Assembly: GCA_963817895.1 (NCBI GenBank)
Contig: CAWFQB010000014.1
Coordinates: forward strand, 32,001-96,000
Origin: an uncultured Chthonomonadaceae bacterium
GTDB taxonomy: Bacteria > Armatimonadota > Chthonomonadetes > Chthonomonadales > Chthonomonadaceae
Direction: 5' to 3'
DNA length: 64,000 nucleotides
The first letter of the stretch is position 1. Each line of letters opens with the position of its first letter. Positions 40,994 through 51,221 of the stretch are shown here, one piece after another. The position numbers were made by a program, and so were the translations under genes. The notes beneath the pieces were generated by a model. The model saw nothing but the letters and a program-made list of their open reading frames with translations. It did no database searches and had not been told where the DNA came from.

Positions 40994-42207
40994 ATACTAA
41001 ACTGTGAGAGGCTGAATAGTTACTATTTTGCTGCGCGAGAGTGGCGAGAAATTGGGTGACGCGCTTGGTTGAACCGCAAGGGATTACCTTTTTTATATCG
41101 GTAGTCGGCGCGGCGCTTTGCAGTAAAAGTTGCGGAAGGAGGGCTTGAAGAGTGGCGCGATTGGTGGCGCAGGGAGTCAGGCCGGTTCGCGTGGTCGGCA
41201 GCCACTCTTTTTCAAACGCGCGGGGCAGAATGGAAAGCGTGGGGCGTTGAAGCAGGGCGGCTTCGAGCAGAAGCATGGAGGACATTCCAACAACCAGATC
41301 GGCGGCATAAATCAGTTCAAGGGGAACGCCGCCGCTGCTGATGAGATTGAATTTGGACTTCATAAGGGGCAAATTCTTCGCGGATGTTTTTGGGGTGCAG
41401 GCGTAAAACAAGATACGGCGGAGGTGTGAGATGGGAAGTCGCCAGTAACAATTCCTCAATCACGATGTCAGTTCGGGCATTACTGCCACTCGTGCCACAC
41501 AAGCGTATATTCTTCGGAACGCTGAAACTGTGACGGATCCAGCCCTGTTGAGATTTCCGCCACGAATACGATTACTTTCTGTTCCGGTTGCGCGTCGGGG
41601 AACCATTTGCAGCATAGGTTTTCGTGTCCAACTTGTACAAGCCGTTTGCTTTCTGCCCGTACAGCATCATAATGTGGGTGTCCGCAAACCGCGATGCGAG
41701 CCGCGTCATATCCCAATTCTATATAAGCCTGCTGTGTCCAAATGTCCGGCACAATCAGCCAGTCGGGCGCGTAGGCGAGCGGGTTGCCCGTCCGTCCCCG
41801 GAACCGATGCGCGGCATTGCCGTAAGCGTCCACTACGCCCACGCTGCATCCGCCTATTCGCCGCCATTCGTCAATCAATTGCAGTCCATAACTGTCCGTG
41901 TTTTCCGAAGTACCGGTGACAAGCAAGGATGAAGGATGAAGGATGAAGGATGAAGATCGAGCGTTGCGCGTTGAGCCGTGAGTGTAGCAAAGTTGTTCTA
42001 AGGGTTCAGATTTATTCCGCGCTGTGACAGATATTCTGTTGCCGCGCCTGCTGTGAACAGGCGAGTGGTTAAGCCGAGCGCATGAAGCGCGGGGGGAAGA
42101 TGGGCGACGTAATTGGCTGCGCCGGGGTCTTCCACAAACATGATGATTTGGGGAGTAGGAGTTGAGTGTTGGATTTTTGGTATAAGATTAATGGAAAAAG
42201 TTGACAT
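40992..42207 (-). CDS. Surface-carbohydrate biosynthesis protein, GT-B-like (several frameshifts)
   Basis: DPGAAN, VTGTSEN, VCGHPHYD, LRLHPK, ADLVVGMSSMLLLEAALL fragments. Confidence 0.65.
41927..41954 (-). repeat. (TTCATCC)4 inside a CDS, read as SSFILHPSS
   Basis: Four perfect ggatgaa units on the + strand. Confidence 0.85.
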
Positions 42208-42212
42208 GAATT

Positions 42213-43249
42213 TCAACTGATTGTTGATTGTGGAACATTTTGCGCCTGCGCCGTAAGGCTTTCCACAACATCTACAGTGTGGAGCGCGGAGTTGCCGGGA
42301 CTGCATAGGGGCGCGTTGTGGATTCAGCGCGTTGGCGAGATTGTCGTACATGCGGTAAAAGGCGTGGCCTACGGTGGAGGGCAGGGAATGGGGGCAATCG
42401 GAAGCGATTTCGTGTTCGCCCTGTGTGGCGCGGTGCGGGCAGCGGGGAAACACGCGAATGTTCAAGCCCTCCTGTTCAATGCTGACACGCCCGCCCGTTC
42501 CCCATATGTCCAGACTGTTTTCGCGGTAATGTGCGAAAATCAACGGCCTGCGCCATGACGCCTAAGCCACTTACCATTTGCAAAGTGAAGGGAACATTCA
42601 CATCGCCGGGAAGCGGGCCGGATGAATAAGGAATTGCGGCAGGTGAGATTTGCGCGTCGTGCCACTTCGCCGAACAACATGCGGGCAAAATCAACCAGAT
42701 GTGTGCCGTTGTTGCGCAGGCCGTTGCCGTAAATCGCGAAAACAGCCTGCGGTTTGCCGATTAACTCCTGCAAATAGCCATCCGCAAGCCGCTGAAACAA
42801 TTCGTCCGCCCGCCGCCATAAGTTCACCTGAACAACGATGTTGCGGCGGGCACATTCGCGTAGGAAGGCTTCGCTTTGTGCGCGCTGTTTCGCCTAAAGG
42901 TTTTTCCACCAGAACGGCGCGAAGGTCCGGCAATGCGACAGTAATTCAAGGCGCGTGTCTGGCGGCGTTGCCAGAACCGCCACTTCCGGGAGAGTACGAC
43001 TGCGCCAATTCTGCAACGGTTCGCGCGACATGCGGAATATGCCAGCGTTCGGAGCGCTGTTTGCAGCGCGGTATCGGATACATCCACGACGCCCTGCCAC
43101 TCAAAGCCGGGGTGTGCCTGCAGAGCCTGCGCATGGGTGGCGTAAGGATAATACCGCGCCATAACGGGATCGTCCGCGTACCCGGCGCCCACTTGCCCAA
43201 AGCCGATGATGGCTGTTCGCAGGGGCTTTGCTGCTACTAAATTCGTCAT
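42213..43249 (-). CDS. Gfo/Idh/MocA oxidoreductase (multiple frameshifts)
   Basis: AIIGFGQVGAGY, YATHAQAL, LATPPD, LVEKPLG, VNLWRR, YGNGLRNNGTHLVD. Confidence 0.75.
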
Positions 43250-44026
43250 TTACGCGGCCTTTGCCTTAACACAAGTCGTTGATTCACTTCGCGCCGCTTT
43301 TTCCTCGCAATCACGATTGATATTCAGCAGTTCCGGCTTGCGGCGCAGCAGGCGCATGATCTCTTCCAGTCCGAACCAGTCGCCATACGCGGGCGCGAGA
43401 TGCTCGTAAATGCGTTGATAAATTGATGATCCTCGCGATAATCCAATTGAAAGCGGTAATCGGGGGCATGCCAGCGTTGGGGCGCAAACAGATTGAAGAT
43501 GCGATATCTTTGCGGATTGTCATAAAAGTGCAGCGAAACGTGTTCGCGAACGGCGGGATCGGAAATGGTTCGCTCTACTTCGGCCAGATCGCTTAACCGA
43601 TAAACCTGAATATCTTCGCCCATTGGATACGTGACGGGAAACACGTTGCAGACAACATCGCAGTCGTTGTGCAGAAACGTTTTCACGCCCATATCAATGA
43701 GTTCCGGGTCGAGCAGGATGCAATCGCCCGTGACTTCCACAACTATGTCCGAATTCCATATAGGTTTGCGCCTGCACCACGCGCTGTAGAACATCCTCTT
43801 CGCTGCCGCGATACAGGCTGACATTTTCGCGTTCCGCCCACGCGACAAGAGCGTCATCGGCGGGCGAAACCGTCGTGGCGAGAACAATGTCGTCCAAATG
43901 GCGACAGTGGCGCAAACGGCGCAGCAATCGTGTCAGGGCAGGCTGTCCGCCTACATCGGCAAGGGATTTGCCGGGAAACCGCGACGACCCCATGCGGGCT
44001 TCAATACTGGCGACAACTCGTGGCAT
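43250..44026 (-). CDS. SpsF-like cytidylyltransferase, third copy (frameshifted)
   Basis: ASIEARMGSSRFPGK, GSEEDVLQRV, VEVTGDC, REHVSL, FQLDYRED. Confidence 0.85.
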
Positions 44027-44040
44027 GGTAACTCCAGAAT

Positions 44041-44112
44041 GTGAGAGTGGAGAGTGAGAGTGAGAGTGAATACGCATTTCTCTCACTCTCACTCTCCACT
44101 CTCCACTCTCAC
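44041..44112. repeat. Inverted GAGAGT(G) tandem arms; one arm contains the DegT stop
   Basis: gtgagagtggagagtgagagtgagagtg / ctctcactctcactctccactctccactctcac. Confidence 0.85.
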
Positions 44113-45354
44113 TAACCTGTATACTTTCCTGACCGCCGCAATCAGCAAATCAATCTGCATTTCTGAGGGGGCGATCATGCAGTTTTCAAAACCGAGCAGG
44201 GAATGGGAATACAGGTGTTCCGCAACCGGGCATAGTCCGGGCGGGTAGGTGACATTGGAAAACGAAAACGGGTAACTGCCGAACGCGACGCGCTGCTGAA
44301 ACACGGGCAACAGATACAGCGGACGAACATAACCGACAAAGTGTGGAAAACCCTCTGCCGTCAGCGCGTGACTGAAATGTTCGCGAGAAACGCCTACCAG
44401 TTCGGCATCGTATCGGAAGCCGAGCGCGTAAAAGACGTGGCGGCAATCGGGACGAACGGCGGGAACAGTCAGGCCCGGAAGGTCTTTCAATCCTGCTATC
44501 AGGCGGTGACGCCAGATGTTCGCGGGCTGCTACATGCCGATCTATTTTCCCCAGTTGCGCCAGTCCGACTGCCGCGCTGAGTTCGGTCATGCGGTAATTG
44601 AAGCCGATCATGTTGGTAATGTCTGACATGCCGGACGGCTCGACAATGTTTTCGCCATGATTGCGGATAAGTTGAAGTTTCAGGGCTAAACCTGCATCAT
44701 TGGTGACGCAAACGCCGCCTTCGCCCGCATGAATATGCTTGTGGTAGTTCAGGCTGAACACGCCGATATGCCCAATTGTGCCAGCCAATCTGCCGTTTTC
44801 ACTTGCAAGCGGGGACTGCGCGTTGTCTTCGATGAGGAATAGGCCGCGCTTATCGGCAAGGGCGCGCAATTCGATTAGTTTTGCCGGATGCCCAAACAGG
44901 TTGACTGCGATGATGGCGCGGGTTCGGGGCGTAATGGCGGCTTCTGACGGCGGATACATCCATGCAGAAAGTTTCGGGTTCTACGTCCGCGAAAACGGGG
45001 ATGCCGCCATAAATCAGGGGCGCGAGCGCGGTTGCCGACATGGTGTAGGGCGGCACAATCACCTCGTCGCCCGGCTGGATGCCGATTGCGCCCATCGCCG
45101 CATACAGGCCGGAAGTGGCGGAGTTGACGGAAACGGCATGAGCAACGCCAAACCGCTCGGCCCACGCTGCCTTCAAACCGCCGCACCATCGGCCCGCCGC
45201 CGAACTGCTCCCCCCAACTGCCATAAAACCCGGACAGGCAGCCGGAACGCACCACATCCGCAACCGCCTCAACTTCCTCCTCACCAAGCGTATTGTAAAC
45301 GGGCAGGGGACAGGGCAAAACGGGAACTCCGCCGAATAAGGCTAACTTTTCCAA
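44089..45354 (-). CDS. DegT/DnrJ/EryC1/StrS sugar aminotransferase (frameshifted)
   Basis: AVSVNSATSGL, GDEVIVPPYTMSAT, IEDNAQ, FSLNYHKHIHAGEGG, GFNYRMTE. Confidence 0.9.
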
Positions 45355-45372
45355 GCGCGACTCCAGAGGGTA

Positions 45373-45558
45373 AACCGCGTAACACGCGAAACAAACGAAA
45401 AAAGACAAAGAAATAGACAGGATTAACAGGATTTTCAGGATTAAACAGGACTACATACAAGGAAGAACGTACCCTCTGCTGCTCTGTTTCTTTGTCCTTC
45501 GTGTTCTCCGTGGTTTTTGTTTTGGTCTTTTTTCGTGTACTTCGCGTGTTTCGCGGTT
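45373..45558. repeat. Nested junction element: outer CGCGAA-type inverted arms enclosing ACAGGATT repeats
   Basis: aaccgcgtaacacgcgaaacaaacgaaaaaagac / gtcttttttcgtgtacttcgcgtgtttcgcggtt; inner acaggattaacaggattttcaggatt. Confidence 0.85.
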
Positions 45559-45565
45559 CATTATT

Positions 45566-46345
45566 TCAGGCTCTCACGTTCAGGCCAGCGGTGTGCAGGA
45601 ACGAGCGGGCTTTGATGGGGCTTTGATCGGTGAAGTGGAACAGGCTGCCGACGGCGATGGCGGACGCATGTCCTATGGTCACGGCGTCGGCAAGGTGTTG
45701 CAGGGTTCCCGCGCCGCCAGACGCGATAATGGGAATCGGGTAACGCGCAGCCGCTTCGCGCAGCAGATCAAGATCGTAGCCCTGCATCGTGCCGTCACGG
45801 TCTATGGACGTGAGCAGGATTTCGCCCGCGCCTTCCGCAACCACCCGATCCAAATGCGTCCAAACATCCATGCCAGTCGGCTGTGTTCCGCCGCGTATCC
45901 AGACTTCATGAGGGTGACGAGTCGGTGGCTTTTACATCAACGGACACAACCACGCATTGCTTGCCATACTGTTCGGCAATGGCGGGCAGAAACGTTCGGG
46001 ATTCAAAAGCAAGCGTGTTGACGGCGATTTTGTCCGCGCCGGCGCGCAGCAGGCAGGCAACATCTTGAATGTCACGGATGCCGCCGCCCACCGTAAGCGG
46101 CATGAAACACTCTTCCGCCGTTCGCGCAATAATGTCCAGCAGCAGTCCGCGCCCCGTTTCGCCATTCACGGCGCCGTTGCGCAGCCGTCAATATCCAGAA
46201 ACAGCAGTTCATCCACCGTCTGCGCGTTGTAGATGCGGGCGTTGGAAACAGGCGCGCCCACGTCGCGCAGGCATTCGAACCGCGTCCCCTTTACGGTACG
46301 CCCCCGTTTCAGCAGCAATTTTGGAATAATGCGCGTTTTTAACAC
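45566..46345 (-). CDS. HisF-like cyclase subunit of a sugar amidotransferase system (frameshifted)
   Basis: [63 protein letters not shown]. Confidence 0.88.
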
Positions 46346-46358
46346 AGGAATATCCGTT

Positions 46359-46979
46359 TCAGGGTTTCCATTGCATAAAGTTGTCGAGAATACGCAGGCC
46401 GTTTTCCTGACTTTTCTCAGGATGGAATTGCACGGCAAACAGGTTGTCTTTGCGAATGGCGGCTACGAAGTCAGTTCCATAGTCGCAAGTCGCGATTACA
46501 TCATGGGCATCGTTACAAACAAGGGCGTAGGAATGGACGAAGTACACGCTATGGTCTTTGCGGTTTAATCCGGCGAAAAGGGGTTCCCGCGCGTCGTAGC
46601 GGAGTTCATTCCAGCCGACATGCGGCAGTTTGCAGTTGGCAGATTGCGGTTCCAGCAGGCGACAGGTGGCGTTGAGCAGTCCCAATCCGGGCCAGTTGCC
46701 GTTTTCCAGTCCCGTTGTCGCCAGAACCTGCATCCCCACACAGATACCCATAATCGGCTTGCCGAACTTTGCCTCTGTGAGAAGAGCCGTTTCTAATCCT
46801 GTCTGTTTCAAGTTACGCATGGCGGTTGCGAACGCGCCCTGACCAGGCAGAATGATGCGTTCGGCGGCCTGAAAATCCTCCGGGTTCGATGTAACCTGCG
46901 CGTCGTATCCCAGATGATCCAAAGCCCGCAGCACGGAACACAGATTGCTCACGCCATAATCTACAATCGCGACTTGCAT
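46359..46979 (-). CDS. HisH-like glutamine amidotransferase
   Basis: [41 protein letters not shown]. Confidence 0.92.
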   Translation of the reverse strand: MQVAIVDYGVSNLCSVLRALDHLGYDAQVTSNPEDFQAAERIILPGQGAFATAMRNLKQTGLETALLTEAKFGKPIMGICVGMQVLATTGLENGNWPGLGLLNATCRLLEPQSANCKLPHVGWNELRYDAREPLFAGLNRKDHSVYFVHSYALVCNDAHDVIATCDYGTDFVAAIRKDNLFAVQFHPEKSQENGLRILDNFMQWKP

Positions 46980-46988
46980 AGAGATCTC

Positions 46989-48129
46989 CTAAAAAGACGC
47001 GCAGTTGGGGTTTGTACTCCCAGGGCGAGACTTGATGGCTTTTGGCGACGGCAAGGAATTCCGCTTCGCTCATGCCGAGTATTTCCAGAAACCAATCCAG
47101 ACTGTCGGGACGCTGACCATCAAATTCCACCATCCAGCGCTCACCCGTTTCGCGGTCTAAAACGCCATTGCGAATGTCAATACTGGCGAGATGGGCCGTG
47201 CGTCCGTACCCGCGCTTGATGTATTTGATGTAGTCACGGACGCCCTGCAAGCCGCACTCGATCTTTTCGTACCCGTATTGCGGCGGGACGCCCTCAACAG
47301 CGTCTTCCTGCCAGCCGAGTTCCTGCTTGATAATCGCTACCTGATGCTTTACGTTCCACGGAATGTAAGAGCCTAAGCACACCGAGCGGTAATTGATGGC
47401 CCGCAGGTCGCGCAATTTCGGGTAGCGGAAGGGTTCCAGGTCGCGCGGGTCGAGATCGGACATGTCAATCATACCGCTCATGTCATCGGCGGAAATGCCC
47501 AGATTGACAAAACGGTTGAAGCGTTTTTCATCTACCTCTTCTACCTCATCGTAGGAGAAGTAGGCGGTATATTCCGCGCTCGGCTCACCCCATAAAACGA
47601 GGGGGACCTGAAACTTCGCGGCGATCTGCATGGGATACGCGAAAATACCCGAATGACAGTGCCAGCAGAAGTCGCCCTTGCGCAGAAAACTTTCCAGCAT
47701 CACGCGGCGAACCAGTTTCCAGTTGGGGCGGAACTTGAGGAAATCGCAGCCCATTGCCTGTAGCGCGCGTTCGTTGTTCGCCAGTACGCCCGGACGCAAA
47801 AATCCGTGATCGAAACTCACCACAAGGGGCTTGATTTTATAGGTATGCATCAGATACCAGAGGGTATACGCGCTGTCTTTACCGCCGCTGAACGGAACGA
47901 TGCAGTCGTAAGCGTATTTACCCCGATGCTCCTCAATCAGCGCGTCTAAGTTACGTTTCTTCTGCTCCCAATCTATGGCGTGTTTTACTTCATGCTGACG
48001 GCAGACATTGCACACGCCTTCGGCATCAAAAATAATCGTTTCGTGCGTTTCAGGAATCAGACAGCGGGAACAGCGTTTTAGTTGATGGTTGATAGTTGAT
48101 AATTGATAGGCGGAAGCGGCAGATGGCAT
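46989..48129 (-). CDS. N-acetyl sugar amidotransferase (PseA/WbpG/WbuX type); probable true stop ~46989 masked by one extra T
   Basis: CSRC..CNVC, YDCIVPFSGGKDS, GDFCWHCH, WGEPSAEY, YEKIEC, KRGYGR. Confidence 0.9.
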
Positions 48130-48216
48130 AGTTAAAATTCCTCTTGTTACAATTGCAGGGGAAGCAGCGAAGTCACTGGTGATGGGCTATCAACTATCAT
48201 CTATCAACTATCAACT
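48080..48216. repeat. Inverted AACTATC arms enclosing the amidotransferase RBS/ATG; arms encode YQLSTINHQL and the upstream stop
   Basis: agttgatggttgatagttgataattgatag (48080-48109) / ctatcaactatcatctatcaactatcaact (48187-48216). Confidence 0.88.
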
Positions 48217-48827
48217 CCCCGAAATTCCTCTCGAAACAATCCCATGATGAGGCTGTCCTGAAACGCGCCTTCGCTCCAGTATTCCTGACGCTTGCGGCCT
48301 TCGATGACAAAGCCCAGTCGCTCGTACAACCGGATGGCGCGAAGGTTGTTTGCCAGAACGCCGAGCGATACTTTCCGTAGTCCGAGGCGCTCAAAGGCGT
48401 AGCTCAGGCATAGCCGCATTGCTTCCTCACCTAATCCCTGCCCCTGAAAGCCGGTGTCGCCAATAAGGATGCCAATGGTCGCGGTTCGGTGCAGCCAGTG
48501 GATGGGTTCCAGTTTGATATTGCCGATGTGTTCGCTGCTTTCCAGATGCTGCATGGCGAAGAAAACACAGGTGGGAAAGGCAGAGGGCATTGCTGTCAGA
48601 TGGGTATAATAGCGGCGCAGGTCATCCAGCGTTTGCGGGAAGGCTCCGGTTTCCAGATGGCGCGTCACATTCGGATTGTTCAGCCAGCCCAGATAACGGG
48701 AATTTATGTCCTGCTTGTCCAGCGGGCGTAGCGCTATTCGCCTGCCACGCAAAAACAGGGTGGCAGCCTCCGAACCGGAAGCCAGCGTTGCAAACGAGGA
48801 TTCTGAACACGTGAATTCAAGCGACAT
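48204..48827 (-). CDS. GNAT acetyltransferase (RimL/PseH-like)
   Basis: YLGWLNNPNV, HIGNIKL, GQGLGEEA, NLRAIRLYERLGF. Confidence 0.85.
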   Translation of the reverse strand: MSLEFTCSESSFATLASGSEAATLFLRGRRIALRPLDKQDINSRYLGWLNNPNVTRHLETGAFPQTLDDLRRYYTHLTAMPSAFPTCVFFAMQHLESSEHIGNIKLEPIHWLHRTATIGILIGDTGFQGQGLGEEAMRLCLSYAFERLGLRKVSLGVLANNLRAIRLYERLGFVIEGRKRQEYWSEGAFQDSLIMGLFREEFRGVDS

Positions 48828-48920
48828 GGGGCGGGCATCTTCCTGCGCAATCCAAACACAATCCAAAATGAAAGGGCGAACCCTCTACAGGTATTGTTGG
48901 CAGCGCAGGGGGAGAATTGC

Positions 48921-49012
48921 AGGGGAAGAAAAGGAGAAAAGGAGAAAAGGAGAAGACAGAGTCGAAATTACCTCTCCTTTTCTCCCCTTCTCCTTTTCTC
49001 CTTTTCTTCCCT
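48921..49012. repeat. Inverted (AGGAGAAA)n arms abutting the rpoN stop
   Basis: ggaagaaaaggagaaaaggagaaaaggagaa / tctccttttctccccttctccttttctccttttcttcc. Confidence 0.88.
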
Positions 49013-50458
49013 CTAACGTCTTCGTCGGGTGGAGGAGAGGATTTTGGCTTCGGCGCGATATTTGACGACGGTGCGGCGGGCAACAGAGATGCCGCGCTCC
49101 TGAAGAATGTCTACAATCTGCTGGTCGGAAAGCGGCGAAGCGGGGTCTTCTTCCAGAATAAGAGTCTCAATCGCCTCTTTGACGGAAAGGGACGAGTTGA
49201 AGAAAATATCGAACCCGGCTACTTCCTGATTGGGCAACTGAACGTACTTGTTGGCAGTGGCGCGGCTCACGGTAGAACTCATGAACGCCTAACAGGTTGG
49301 CGATGCGGGTGCGCGTCAGGGGACGCAGAAATTTGACCGAGCCGGTTTCCAGAAATCCCGTCTGGCACTCGACAATGCAGCGCGTGATGAAGCGCAGAGT
49401 CTGGCGACGCTGATGCAGATTCTGTATGAACCGTTCGGCGCGTTCCACCCACTCTATGAAATGCTTTTTGTCTTCCGGCGTTTGCTGGCCGTCACCATTT
49501 TGAATTTGCGAATAGGCCTCGCGATAGTGTGGATTGATACTGATAGCGTAGGGTTCGAGTTGCGGCACATCTATTTCATACCCGAACTCGGTACGCCGGA
49601 TAATCACATCGGCGCGAACGGACGATTTGGAGTGGCTCGGACGGTGAACCCCAGGGCGGGCGAAACTGGCTGGCCGGAAAGGGATTGAGACGTTCTCGAA
49701 TGTAGGCGATGCCAGTCTGTATCTCCTCTATCGGCAGCTTCAGGACGCGCGCGATTTTGGCGTAGCGATTATTGCAAACGTTTTCAAACTGCTCCTTCAG
49801 CAGGCGAGTCGCGATTTCATTGGCATGGCGCTGCGTCGGGTTCGACTTCGTCGCGGAGGAACGCCAGTTGAATCAGCAGACACTCCTGAAGATCGCGCGC
49901 ACCCACGCCGGGCGGATCGAACGATTGAATAATGGTGAGCAGGCGGCAGATTTCACTTTCGGGAACGTTCGCGTCACAGGCAATTTGCCCCGTATTTTCG
50001 CGCAGCCAACCACGCTCATCCAGACAATTAATCAGATACTCGCCTAACCGATAGTCTTCGGGCGAAACAGCGGCGCGGAGCAGGCTGCTCAAATGTTCCG
50101 CAAGAGTAATTTCGGCTTCCAGATTGCCGACAAGATCGAACTCATTTTCGCCTTCACCCGTTTCAAAACCGGCAATGGCTTCATACTCGCTCTGGTGGTC
50201 GCCCGAATCGAGGCCGTCGCGCTCCTCATGGCGGCGGGCGTTCTCACGGGCCATGCACACGGGACACTGCGCAGGGCTGATGCAGTTGCCGTCGCAGCCA
50301 TTGTCTTCCAGCGAGACAAGAGCGGGATTCTCCAGCAATTCGGCCTCGATAGATTGTTCCAATTCCATGCTGCTGAACTGCAGAATGGTATTGGCAACAA
50401 TCAGCCTGGGGTCAATGCGCTGCGTTATAATCGGGCGCTGATCTTGCTGAAGAAGCAC
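49013..50458 (-). CDS. rpoN: RNA polymerase sigma-54 factor (frameshifted)
   Basis: ELLENPAL, LDERGWL, FDPPGVGARDLQECLLIQL, LRPLT, STVSRATANKY, PLSDQ, ARRTVVKYR RpoN box. Confidence 0.92.
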
Positions 50459-51221
50459 TGTGTCACCCTTTTCAAACCATCCAACCGGTTACGGCATTGG
50501 CGCGTACAATAGACAGCGCAATAAACATAAATGGGCAAAATACACATCTACCTGTGACAAACGGTTAAGGAAGATGCGCGCCTGCCGGAGTTACCGGCTC
50601 ATTGTCGGCGGCTTCATAGCCGGGGTTCAGAGTAGGCGCCAAGTAGAAAGCAGTTATGGGAAAAATGACAGTGGGTGACTGCATAATTAGTATATCACTT
50701 TTTGTATAGAAAAGGGATAAAGGAAAGATTAAATAGCAGACGGTAAACATAAAGGTTCACTTGCGAAAATGGCGCAACGTGCTTGTGGGGACACAACAGG
50801 CGGGGAAACACGCAAAATCTCCACGTATTAGACGACTTTGTAAATAGGTTTGTTCAGGCGACTTATACCGGTTTTTAATTCCATTGCTGTGTTGTCGAGG
50901 CATTGCTTTCAAACATGCTATATGGAAGCTGCCGCAGGTTTCAAGTTTGCCTTCTACCTGGAACCCTGCAATGCGCGAGAATTTCAGGTATAATTTGTGT
51001 AATGTTCCTTTCCCGTTCCGGTAATACAGGTGAAGATGCGTCGCCGTCAAAACAGAGTTGACGGCGCATTTGTAACGCCATAAAAACCATCACGGACAAC
51101 GGCTGTGTTCAACAACTATCAGGAAAGCGAACTGTTGGTAACAAATAGCCGAAACTCCCACAGGAGGCGGGCGTCTAAAACACCGACAGCAAGATTTTAT
51201 CGTTTGCAGGAGAATGTAGAT

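Noticed and set aside
45566..46979. Histidine biosynthesis hisF/hisH
   Set aside because: They are adjacent to an N-acetyl sugar amidotransferase with no other his genes, matching the sugar-amidination paralogues
46813..46988. C-terminal extension of the amidotransferase overlapping hisH
   Set aside because: Removing one T from a five-T run gives a TAG right before the hisH RBS
48827..51220. Sigma-54 (-24/-12) promoters near rpoN, the sugar genes or gspE
   Set aside because: No TGGCAC-N5-TTGC with correct GG-N10-GC spacing was found by eye
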